Shown: positions 41,960 through 54,300 of the stretch, piece after piece
Layout: every line of letters begins with the position of its first letter
Numbering within the stretch: the stretch's first letter is position 1
Position numbers and translations under genes: made by a program
Source: Gnetum montanum
Taxonomy: Eukaryota; Plantae; Gnetophyta
Assembly (NCBI GenBank): GCA_015680685.1
Contig: MNCI01000651.1
Location: 558,001 to 622,000, forward strand
Direction of reading: 5' to 3'
Length of the DNA: 64,000 nucleotides
The notes under the pieces: model-generated
Database searches by the model: none
Told to the model about the DNA's origin: nothing
The model's input: only the letters and a program-made list of their open reading frames with translations

Positions 41960-43560
41960 TGAGGTCCCAATCACTAACTTTAATGCATCCTCAAAGTTAG
42001 AATCCATTGCTACATTGGATGAACGATAAGTCTCCTCCTCATCATCATCACTGTTGATGCTAGGATAGCTAGATCTCTAGGTATCCTCATCCAAAGACTC
42101 AATCTGCTACACGAGATCCACTTGGAATGAAGCTTCACACGAAACCAAGTGGTAGCTAGTGGAGTTGATGGAGCTAGGGGCTGCTGAACTAGGATCCATT
42201 AGGACATGGTACCAAAGATGCTCTCCATGGCTCGTTGCTCAAAAGAGATAAGAGCATTACCAAGAGGTAGAATTGAGTAAGTAAGAGAAACTATATCATG
42301 GTGCTTTGGCTGGCATGGAAGCATGATGCTCCTCCTAGAGATCAGTTGGGGATGCCTCTGGCTCTAAATATGACTCCATCCCCAAGTCATATGTACATGA
42401 GGGTCTAGCTACTAAAGAATGCCTCAGTGGAATAGGTACATACTCCTCACTATCAAAGATAAGAGAGTAGTAACGTCCTCAAACACTTGTCCATCAGAGG
42501 GGAAGTGGAATCCCAGCTACATTGAAACTCTTATGCAAGTATGAGAGGTTCCTCCCAAGCTTCCCAATAGCTCATACAAAGGATTAGAGAAGCTTCTGTA
42601 GTGATGAACTAAGCTAGGAACTTGTGGATTTTGATCCTCTAAGCTATGGAGAAGCTTCCTTCATTTGTTTTCGTGGTCTGGTGTTGGTTCCTACTTCTAC
42701 TGCATGATAAGTACTCCTCTTCTCAACATACATGCTAAGACTCATCTTACCTTTAAGTAAAGGAAACTCCAAAATAGGTACACCCCTCTGGTGAATCAAC
42801 AAGTTGATGAGATAATGATGCCTAAAGATTCTCTCCTTGGCATAGAGGCTCAGAATGTCTTAGCAAAGTGTGTGTCCCAAATCCAATGGTAAACTTGTAA
42901 GAAGACAATAGAGTACAAAGCCTTGGGGTGGCAAAACCTTGGGGTGGTAGCAGCTAACTGTACCTACCTCCTTTAACCATGATCTTATGCAAAAAAATAA
43001 GTGACAAGTTGCAGGCATCAGGAGTCATCTTTCTTCTCTCAATATGATCCCTATCAAAGGACATATCTCTACTAACAAAACATTACAAAATTCATCATTT
43101 CCTATGGCCATTATACAATTTTTGTAAATATCATGCATGGTTTCAATGGTAAATTGAAAGATATCAGGACTAGAGATACCCAAAATTGCATTCACAATTT
43201 GGGGAGAGACCTCAACAACAATTCCTCCAACTATGGATGTGAATGCCCCAACAACAACATCAGAAACAACAATATTAAAATAAAAGTCTCTAATTAGCAC
43301 CTCAAGAACTAGAAAATTCATGGTAATGAAAGTATTCTAGTTTAAAAGCTTGAAATAATCTAGCACTACTTATTCTCTGTGAGCTAGAAAAGCAAAAGAG
43401 TGTTTAGAAATAATGGTAGTCGTTTGAGTTGCCTCAAACCTATGCTAGGTGCTCATGCTACAAAATTGAGGCATATAAGAGGGTGATGCATTGCTAGAAC
43501 TTCCTCTTGAACATTTCTTGGGTGATGCCATAGATGTTCCAATCTTCTTATGTGCCATCT
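41960..43560 (-). pseudogene. Env-like / 'putative plant transposon protein' extra ORF of the Sirevirus element
   Basis: ORF 43025-43321: LIRDFYFNI...FTSIVGGIVVEVSPQIVNAILG. It sits between gag and the PPTs. Confidence 0.65.
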
Positions 43561-44149
43561 TTAACAAAATCGCTACAAATGATGGATCCCTAGTCATCTT
43601 TGTGGGACAGATATGAAGGAATACGATAAAAATGGATGTTTTGTCTTTTAATAGATGTAGCAGATAAGGGATTTGAATGAAAAAGAAGACATTTTTTGCA
43701 AGAGAAAGACATATTTCCCTCATTTAAACTTCACAATAGATGCCTTTTATGCATAGAAGACATCTTTCCCATGACACACAAAAAATCAAAAAGATGTGTT
43801 TATTTACCCGAAAACATCTTTTGAAAGACGTCTTTCATTCTAGAAAGATGTCCACTATCAAAATCAAGATAAGGTATGGGAAAGGCTACTAATGGACTAT
43901 AGTCTTCATAAAAACTTAAAAACAAATGAAACTTACCTCTACCTACCTGTCATACTATCAAAAAGCGATGGAGCTTAGAGAGAAAGAGAATGAGTTTCCT
44001 CTTTTTAGGATTCTCCTCTCAATCGAAATTCTCCAATGTCCAAGGCATGACTTCCTCTTACAAATTTTTTGATGAGGTTTTCCTGATTCCTTTGGGTCTA
44101 CCATTTAATTCTCCAATCTTTCTTATTTTCTTTGGTATTTTGAGTTGAC

Positions 44150-45457
44150 ATTCGGTAATCGTACACATAATCCTTTCTCAATGCACTTTGATAAAACCAA
44201 GGAGCCTTGTGATATGAACAAGTACTCATATATAAAAATTTAAATTGCACTCCCATTATTTATGCTTGAACTTATTACAATAATAACATCTAAACCTCCT
44301 ATTATAGTGAAAGTGATTAGAATCATCAAACCTTTGATGAGTCTTTTGATGGATAGGAGCTTCTTCTAATGTAATTCCCTTACCCCTTGGAGATTCCTTT
44401 AGATGGGATGAAGGTTTTGCATGTTATTCTTTTTAGGAACAACATCCAAGTCCACATTTATCTTGTGAACTTCTTCCTTGTCCAAGAACAATTCGAAGGA
44501 ACTCTTTTTCTTTAACCAACCTTTCATTCACAAGCTTTACATCCACAAGCTCTTACTTCATCTACTCACATGACCTGATTACTTCTTTATTCTTAGCCTT
44601 GAGGTCTAAGACTTCCTTAGTAAGATCTAAAATTATTGCATTTAATAAAGAGATTTCTTGATCCTTTTTTCTACTTACTTGTTCAACTTTGTACAAAGAT
44701 TTTGAAAATTTAAAAGTTCATTACATAATAAATCAAACCTCTCATCATCATTAAGATCATCATCTAATGAATCAATAGCATCATCAGTGAGGGCCATGCA
44801 CATGAGATGATAATTTTTTGCATCCTCCTCAACTTCTTCCTCACTCTACTCCCCATCATCCCAACTTGTATATAAGTTGGTCTTCTTTACTTCTTCAATG
44901 GATTTATTCTTGGATTGCAACTTGAAACGACTAGGACATTCAAAGGCCATATGGCCTTTTTCACCACATATCCAACATTCTAAAGAATAAAAAGCTAAAT
45001 TAGAATATAACAAAATTCTTACCTCTTTCTTTGGCTTTGTACTAATTGAATCTTTCATGATATGTTCCTTTATTTCTTCTAGTTATTACTCATTATAGTT
45101 TCCTAGTAAGAAAGGCAATCTCATCTTCAGTATCCTCATCATGCTCATTGAGCTCCTTCTCCTTTGAGGTAGTCTTCAAGGTAATGGGTCTTTCTTGGAT
45201 AGCTCCTTCTCTTATGAGATTCATTTCATAAGCAATCATATCACTTTGAAGCTCTTCAAATTTTAGAGTTGAGAAGTCTCTGATTTCTTCCATGGCTATG
45301 ACCTTAGGTCTGAACTGCAATTGAAAAGTTCTGATCATTTTAATGATCACATCACTTTTAGGCAAGTCTTTACCAGTACCTTTAATGGCCACAACAATAT
45401 CATTGACTCTACAAAAATAATCTTTTATCTTTTCACCTTCTCTCATTTTAAGCTTAT
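44150..45457 (-). pseudogene. gag: Copia gag (UBN2-like domain, CCHC zinc knuckle, coiled coil)
   Basis: MREGEKIKDYFCRVNDIV...PKVIAMEEIRDFSTLKFEEL; ECWICGEKGHMAFECP. Confidence 0.92.
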
Positions 45458-46777
45458 NTTATTTTTTAGAACAAAAGAAAAAGAATACAAGAGCAAGAGA
45501 ACTTATGATGGACCTTTTAGTATGTCAAAAGATTAAGAAAAATGGAAGACAAGGTTGTTTGTGTATGTGTATGATTTTTGTGCTTGCAAGATAAAACCTT
45601 GGATCAAGACAAGAAGGTTTGCAGAAGTTTGATGAGCATGAACAAGGATCAAAGAATTTATCATGCAAAGAAAGTTGAAGAAAGACATCTTTGAGAAGTA
45701 GTAGATATCTTAGTAGAATTGAAGGATGCTTAGGCAAAGATGTCTTCAAGAAACAATAGATGTCTTTCCTCAAGCAAAGATGTCTTCACCAGAAAAAGGC
45801 ATCTTCAAAAAATGTAGGCCAGTTTTAGAAAGACATCATTCACTAGACAAAGATGTCTTCCTAGAATGGAGATTTCAAAAAGACGTCTTTCCCATATTTT
45901 CTTCCATGATTGTTAGCTAGCTATTTTATGAGTTCTAAGAGGGATTTTGAAATGTGGTAGCTATAAGAAGACATCATATGCATTGGGAAATGTTCAAGCT
46001 CTTGTGCAATCATTGTTTAATCATCTATCAGTCATTGTAATGTTGCACCTCATTATATTGTCATTTGTCCATTGTAAAGTGTAATGTATCTCAAAGTACA
46101 ATCATTAGCAACCTAAGTTGCATTCATTCCTTGTAATTATTTTTCTTTCTTATTTCCCTGTAGGTTTGATGTGTTTCTTGTTGGAAGGCATCTTGCTTGA
46201 GCTTGTTAAGATCTTGCGAGATTGAGTGGTTGGTGTTGCAATACAACACTTTGGAGTGAAGCCCAAGATTGTAAAGGTTGTGGAAGCTTGAAAACCATAT
46301 TCTAAGCCAAATGAGACCTTGTAGGATTGAGTGGTTGGTGCAATGTCACAACACTCTAGACTAGGGCTTAGAGATTGTATAGGATGTGATACCCTTTAAA
46401 CCACATTTGAGAGAAACAAAGTTTGGAGGTGTGCTTGTGATCTACCCTCTAAGTGTGCNCAACCTTGTCTTCCATTTTTCTTAATCTTTTGACATACTAA
46501 AAGGTCCATCATAAGTTCTCTTGCTCTTGTATTCTTTTTCTTTTGTTCTAAAAAATAAAACAAAAATTCTTCATGTATTTCTTCTCTCTTACACATGTTT
46601 AGGTGGGGTTTTGTTCCACTTCTTTTTGTTGCTATTCAAAAAGGAGAAGAATTTTTGATATGTGCTTGAGATGTATATTCTAGTGATTTGGGAAAATTGA
46701 GGATATATGCCTTCATAAGTTCTAAAGACTACTAATCCATTTTCTTAAGTTTTGGACAATACCAAAAAGGGGGAGAT

Positions 46778-48038
46778 TGTTGAAATTTTGGTATATCAAA
46801 ACATTAAGAAAAATCAAGAATATGAGATGTTGTGGAATGTGATGTTTTTGCAGGACATGAAAGAGAGCTCAAGAGATGACATCTACAAAGAAATTTCAAA
46901 GTGGAAATCACAAGAACCTACTGAACATAAATCAAGACTCAAGGAATGAGATCTACAATGAACTGTCAACATAAAGACTTCAAGGACTCAAGAGATCTTA
47001 GACAAGGACTTCATTAAAAAAGTGGAAGCAAGGGCAAAGATGAAGACTGCAACAAAATTAAGAAATTCCCAAGAGTAGGGATGAGCCAAATCAACGAAAC
47101 AAAGCCTCAGGAAGCAAAGCCCAAAAGCTAAGAAGATATCCCCTAAAAGTAGAAGACATCTTGGCCAAAGTATAGAAGGACCAAAGAAAACATCTTGCTA
47201 AAATAGTAGACATCTCCTCTCTAAAGAAGATGTTTCCTTAGAGACATCTCATTTGGTGGAGAGACATCTCCCCTAAATTGAGTTTTGTGTAGTAATATGT
47301 CTCAATCTTGAAGAAGACATCTTCCCTAGCCATTAGATAGTTGTTGCATGAATTCTGAGGTGATTTTGGAAACATCAAGGCTATAAGAAGACTTCATTCT
47401 TTTGGAAAAAGTGTAAGAAAGTGTCAACATAAAGCAATCATTGTGTGCATTATTCAGTTTTTGTACCTCATTGTATTATCTACTAAACTATTATAGTGAT
47501 TATATTGTCCTATGATTCAAAGTATAAGGACCAATAAATTAGTTGTATTCTTCCCTTGTAATTTATTTTTCTCTTTCTTTTTGCCCTACTAGGGTTAATG
47601 CACTTCTTATGAGAAGGCATCATTATTCATCTTGTCAAGATCCTGCTAGGATTAAGTGGTTCATGTAGTGTCACAACACTCCAAAGTGAAACTCAATTTA
47701 TAAAGCTTGTGGGATACTTGAAACTACATTCTAAGCTTGTTAGGATCTAGCCAAGTTAAGTGGATTCATGCCATTGAATCACTCTGAAGTGGAGCTTAAA
47801 ATTGTACAGGGTGGTATACCCTTCAAACCACATTTTAGAGAGAAACAATGTCTAGAGGTGTGCAAGTGATCTACCCTTTAAGTCAGGAGTACCTAAGTTG
47901 GGGAACCACATATTTTTGGTTGTGGTTTTTCTGTCAATTCATTTTTTCAAGGGAACTTATTCATCTCTCCCCCTAACCTGCGTGCCCCATCCTCTCCCCA
48001 CCCCCACCCCCTACCTTTCCTAAGTTCTACAATCCTCA
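46778..48038 (+). repeat. 3' LTR of the outer Sirevirus-like element
   Basis: TG start directly after the PPT; aligns with 37547-38670; ends atcctca. Confidence 0.9.
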
Positions 48039-49695
48039 TCATTATCACATGAAGTTCTACATCGAGCATGTGGTATGCTTTGGTTACTATATCTAGGGTA
48101 TTCTTTATAATTGTTTGGATATTTTATATTCTATTTTCTATAGTGATAATAGAGAGAGTACTCCTAGTTGATTACTATTGGGTTTGATCCTTAATCTTAA
48201 TTAGTTTTTAAAGTTGGTATAGCATACTAGTAATACTTAGGATATCTTGGTAAACCAATGTTAGGTATAGATCCTCTTTTAGAATTATGATTTATATTTT
48301 CTCTATCACAATGCTCATTTTTGGGTTTTAGATCTATTAGTCAATGCACAATTTGATTTGATGATAGGTATTTAGCAAATGGACTTGATTATGCATTTTA
48401 TGAAATTTTGATTTAAATTTGTGATTCTACTATTATTTCAAGGTTTATCACATATTTTATTTTATTTTAACCTATTTTCAATTCTATTTAATTTTGATAA
48501 ATTTCTAAGTTAAATTGTAAGGGTTTTATCCTATTTGAGATTTTTTAGACCTAATTCCTTTTCTAACATTTGACATCCAAAAAGGCAAAGCATTTTGTGC
48601 TTGTACAGTGGATTTTGAGGTGCTTTCCAACAATTGTATGGCTATTGCGACTTTTGTTGCAACCTATGTTAGGGATTGTGATGTAGGTTACAACATTCCA
48701 TACACATCGTACAAAAATATTACCATAGGAATCGGTAAAGAAAAAGGTTATTTTAACTATTAGGATTCTATTTGTGGATGTTTAACATCAAAAACATAGT
48801 TTTGACCAACCAATTTAGAGAAAGAAGAGGAAGAAATCATAATATAAATTCACTAGGATTTAACCTTATTAATTAAGAAAATTATTAGTACATGACTAAT
48901 AACTTGGATTTTTATTTAAGTAGATAGACCAGTTTTATAAACATTACAATTTAGTTACATTCCCCCACCACCTTGAATTTGGATTAATTATATGTATTAA
49001 TTGCTAACATTTTCTATTTGTTGAAGTTCTTATGGGACATCCCACAGTAAACTATTGGATAGTATTACTGGAACTAGCACACAAGGGATAGTTGGTTTCA
49101 AAGGACCCTGAAGCTATTCTAACAATCCTTTGCTATTTGTGGTACTAAATTTCATGTCATAGTAATCTTTAAACAATGCTACAGGAAAGGATATTTAGCT
49201 CCTAGTGAAGGTAAAAAATTAAGATGATAATTGGGTTAATGTTGGTATTAAAAATAAGAAACACTAAATAAATATTGCATGCATATTTTTGTTTTGGAAT
49301 TAGATAAAATCTTATTACATAATAATTACATAAACCAATTTTGACATATTTGAAAATAAGAGTGGAAGTTAGCATCTAAAGGTTCGAGTTGGGTGGTGCT
49401 GAAATTCAATTTGGATTATTGATCATGTGTTGTTATTTATTTAATGATTTAGATGATTATATGTATATTTTGATGCTAACATTTTTTGATGTAGTAACCC
49501 CTATGCATGGATGTCTATCTACCTAATGCCTAATTTCAAAACACTTAAGGATGTACTTGTAATTTATTTTTCTCTACTTAGTCATGTGAACTAACTTTTT
49601 CTTTTATTGTATCATCCATAGCTTGCATATTTTTCTTTGCAAAATGTTTTGAATCATATTATATTCATCATCAATTTAATAGATTTAGAAAGAGA

Positions 49696-50137
49696 ACTAG
49701 CTTAGATATATATATATCAATTGGCTGAGATGATTTTTTTTAAAAATGATGTTAACCAAGCTTGACTATTGGACGAGGTAACAAGATAACTAAAAATGGA
49801 ATCACTCATCCCTCCTCTGTTTCTCTACCACTTACCCAATTTACTTTTACCCTCTCTATCAAGTTTTCTCTTTCTTTATTTGTTTATGGAATCTCTAAGA
49901 AATAAATCTCTTGCATAAATAACACTCAAAAACACCATGAACAAACAAAGAAAGAGCAAACTTGACTGAGAGGGTAAAACTAAATTGGGTAAGTGGTAGA
50001 GAAATAGAGGAGGGATGAGTGATTTTTTTTTTAGTTATCTTGTTACCTCGTCGAGTAGTCGAGCATGGTTAACATCATTTTTTTTTAAATAATCTCAGCT
50101 AATTGATACATATATATATATATATATATAAGCTAGT
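49696..50137. repeat. Long imperfect inverted repeat (arms ~195 bp, loop ~45 bp)
   Basis: 49696-49889 is the reverse complement of 49935-50137 (e.g. atcactcatccctcctctgtttctctaccacttacccaattt / aaattgggtaagtggtagagaaatagaggagggatgagtgat). The outer ends are actagctt / aagctagt. Confidence 0.93.
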
Positions 50138-51373
50138 GGAGCGGTTTCGTGGGCTATGAGTCGAATTTAATTATTTTTTTATTTTTTAAGTTATCATCAC
50201 TATTTTCATTCCAAATAATATATACTAGTAAACATAAATTGGTTAAAATAAAATTTTATATATTTCATATATGTTGATGAAGGAATACATTACATAATTA
50301 TTACAACAAACATTACAAAGCTATATAATAGGATTGAGCAAAAGGCAAAATACAATGATAATTGTGAACTCAATATGCCTAATCCTCCAATTCAGCAAAA
50401 TGAATTTCCTGTGCAATTCTACTTTGGAGATGTTTAGCATCTGAAATCTTTTTGTATCTTTGCATATAGAAAAGAGGATGAATCTTTAAAGAATCAATGG
50501 TCTTGACTCCAGATAATGCAACAAACATTAAACCCATAAGTTCTCTTGTGTAGTGGTTTCGTGAGATATGAGTATAATTTAATTATCTTTTTTATTTTTT
50601 AAGTTATCATCACTATTTGCATTCTAAATAATATATACTGGTAAACATAAATTGGTTAAAATAAAAGCTCATATATTTCATATATGTTGATGAAGTAATA
50701 CATTGCACAATTATTGCAACAAACATTACAAAGTTGTATAATACGATTGAGTAAAAGGCAAAATACAATGATAACTATGAACTCAATATGCCTAATCCTC
50801 CAATTGAGAAAAATGAACTTCTTGTGCAATTCTACTTTGGATATGTTTAGCATCTGAAATCTTTCTGTATCTTTCCACAAAGAAAGGAAGATGAATATTT
50901 AAAGAATCAATGGTCTTGACTCTAGATAATGCAACAAATGTTAGACCCGTAAGTTCTCTTATGTAGTGGTTTCATAGGCTATGAGTAGAATTTAATTATT
51001 TTTTTATTCTTTAAGTTATCATCACTATTTGCATTCCAGATAATATATACTGGTAAACATAAATTGGTTAAAATAAAAGTTTATATATTTCATATATTTT
51101 GATGAAGGAATACATTGCATAATTATTGCAACAAACATTATAGGGTTGTATAATAGGATTGAGCAAAAGACAAAATACAATGATAATTGTAAACTTAATA
51201 TATCTAATCCTCCAATTGAGTAAAATGAACTTCCTGTGCAATTCTACTTTGGATATGTTTAGCATCTGAAATATTTCTATATCTTTGCACAGAGAAAGGA
51301 GGATGAATATTTAAAGAATCAAAGGTCTTGACTCTAGATAATGCAACAAACGTTAGACACGTAACTTCTCTTG
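50137..51373. repeat. Three tandem ~412-bp copies of the helicase C-terminus + 3' UTR
   Basis: Units start at ~50139, 50551 and 50964 (..gtggtttcgtg). Near-identical ORFs appear at 50656-50880 and 51068-51265. Confidence 0.95.
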
Positions 51374-54300
51374 AACCAATGTCAATAGTAGCCTTATCTA
51401 GTGTTATTCCTTAAGATTTATGAATAGTCATGGCCCATGCCAACCGTCACAGTAATTGATGAGATGCTCCTTGGACCACAGGTATAATTGGCACATGATG
51501 AGGATTACCATTATCAAAGGCACATCTGATGTAGGAGTTAAAATCAACAATAATGTATGATGGTAATGCAGGTGGTTATTTACCTTGAGGATACATAATA
51601 CTGTGAATCATGCCAAGTGCACCATTCACCAATCCTGCTTCAAGCCAAATCTTAACTATGAGTATTACCCTTGCACCTTCACATATAAGCAGAGATCTCT
51701 CTATATCATCACCATCATTATTTGAGATTTAGAATCCATGGGGATCTCTATCTGCTATATACAATGCAATAGGTCTCTGCATTACTTGCAACATCTTCTT
51801 ATTGTGTGATTGGACTTTATCCTTTGTATCATATAAGTGCATTAATTTTTCAAAATCGTCTAATCCACTCAATGTGGATGGAAGATTCATTCAAGCAGCC
51901 AAGAAATTATAATCTTCATCATTTCTTTTTCTTTCTCTAATATGCATCAATACCTCCCTAAGTCTTTGTTGTTGAGGATCATTTCCAAACTAAAGAAAAA
52001 TTGCATCCAAAATAACAAATGTATCAAATGATTCCCAAACCCCTATAATATCTGACTTTTTGGATGCATAAGGCACAACATCAACCACAGGAGGCGGCTG
52101 ATCCAAATCACCTATCAATATAACTAATCTTCCTTCAAAAACTTCATTATGATGTTCTAGAAAAATTTCTATTAATCTTCTATCAATTATTTGTAATAAT
52201 CTTCCTCCCATAAAACTCATTTCATCAATTATTATATATCTTACCTATGATAGTCGATGTTGTATACTTATTTTGTAGATGAAGAGAGTTCTTTGTAAGC
52301 ACCTATTCCAATGTTCAAACTAGAATGAATGGTTGTTGCATTAATGTTAAATGTTGCAGCTCCTATGGGTGCCATTACAAGTAAAGCATTATGTTTTTCA
52401 TTGCAATATTTCAAGAAAGCATTACGAAGCATGCCTATGAGAAATGACTTTCCAGTACCAGCTATTCCCTGGATAATCATTCTTAAAGGGAAAACAACTT
52501 CATCTGTTGATTGTGAAAACATCATATGGCCTACAATTTTATTGTAGCACTTCTTTTGCTTTGCACCTATCTTATTAGAATCGTAGGCACTGTAGTCATG
52601 ATCAATAACAATCGTGGACTGAGATGGTTTATTGTTGGCAATAAAACTTATAGCGAATTTTGTAACATCCTCTCCCGGATACTATAATGTCCAGTTATGC
52701 ATTCTATCAACATCTCGTAGCCCAAGCATCTCCACTTCTATTCTCTAAAAATAACTTGTTAATAAGAGATGATGGTTGAGGATTTCAAAATCATATTCCT
52801 CATGATCTTGCACTTGGGGAGTTACATCTAAAAATTGTCTTTCTTCCTTCAAAGCTCGCTAGAATTCTTCTTTAATATTAATCTCTGATGCTACATACAG
52901 ATTTTGAATAGACAACCACTTCATTTCAAGATCCTCATCATTAGAACCAAGATCTCGCTTCACATCTCTAAATGGATAATGTAACAACAACATAGCCCAA
53001 CAATATTCAATCCATTTTTGTTCTCCTTACTTTGGTGGGATGAGAAACTTGGAATAATATCTAACAATAGCATCTAGCTCTAGGTGACACAGATTCCAAT
53101 TTGGGTTGGACTTATTGTTCATGTTGCAATTGTACTCTTTAAAACCTTGCAACAATGAGACACCCTCCATCAAAAGTAGATGTTTCTGATACATATTAAT
53201 AAGATTTTTGTATTTTTCAGCTTCATTAGTTTCATCTGCATTCACTTGAACTTTTTTGTACACCTCTCGAGAAACATTGAGTGTGCGAAAAACACGACTA
53301 CAATTTACCAAAGGAAGCTCATACAACATGTGATAGACCTCCATAGCACCAATGTCTCTATCTATAGCAGCATCGATCATGAGCCTTCTATAGACTGATA
53401 AAGCATCTTCATGAGGATCCCTTGACTCAGAAATTTGCAATAACATGTCATGAAAAAACTTTGATTTCTTCTCTATTTTAGCTGCATATTTCGTGATATA
53501 TTTTATGACAACATATCATGACATTACTGGCTGAAAATCTATCTTTTCCCTTCATGTGTGAAGCATCATTCTATTATGAACATTAATCCTTGAATCATTT
53601 CTTCGAAGAACATATCTCATTATTATTTTCTGGATCTCTCTGAAGAGTTGATTCTAAAGATAACGATGAAGGAACATTGTACCTAGAATTGAAAAATATG
53701 AAAGTTAAATATTTATATATTTTTTCCCATGATAAATTAAAGTTTACTTACTAATAAAAATTAATGCAATGGTGAGGAAATAGTAATGATACAACATTTT
53801 GATTAGAAAGTGGCACCTGCAAACTTCTTTGCCATTACATTTTCATAAGCATGCACCGAGTTTGCATGTAGTATGTCTCTGAATAGCATTAAGCAAATTA
53901 GCATAATCAATTTCTATATCCATACATTGTAGTTGTTCAATAGTCAACTCACATAGATGACATAACATATTTACACATAAAGCCTAAGTGAGAAAATAGA
54001 TTGAAAGAAGTAACAATGGAGAAATTAATTTCTCTATATTCTAAGCAATATCAGAAAAAAAAACTTTATGTAAAGAATAGAAAAGATAAATGAGAACTTA
54101 CATTAGTTGTAAATCTTGGATTCCATGCATTTGTAATTGAATCAAAAAATTCCTTTGCCCTACACATGACATGAGGATCATTATGGTCAAGCTCATCTAC
54201 CTTTGGAGCACCTTGTATCCATAGGAAACCATGCACATGTGGAGATCCGCAATGCTGCCACTCATATCATGTCCAATAGTCAACAACATGGAACTCATTC

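Larger units (their letters stand above)
40403..46511 (-). mobile_element. Nested Sirevirus-like element with gag + env-like ORF and no pol
   Basis: LTR at 40403-~41505. The second LTR is at 45506-46458 (apparently flipped by assembly), with its terminus at 46511. TAAG flanks both ends (40399-40402 and 46512-46515). Multiple PPTs at ~41567 and ~41916. Confidence 0.8.
37547..48038 (+). mobile_element. Sirevirus-like Ty1/Copia element, internally deleted (no gag/PR/INT), TSD TCATT
   Basis: LTRs 37547-~38670 (3'-truncated) and 46778-48038. PPT aaaaagggggaga at 46764-46776 plus an upstream extra PPT (aaaaggagaaga, ~46640). TCATT at 37542-37546 and 48039-48043. Confidence 0.88.

Noticed and set aside
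45459-46558. Perfect ~99-bp inverted repeat / real inversion
   Set aside because: Bounded by Ns; best explained by scaffold mis-orientation.
50656-51265. Duplicated small Cys-rich ORFs as a peptide gene family
   Set aside because: They are alternative-frame readings of the tandemly repeated Helitron 3' end.
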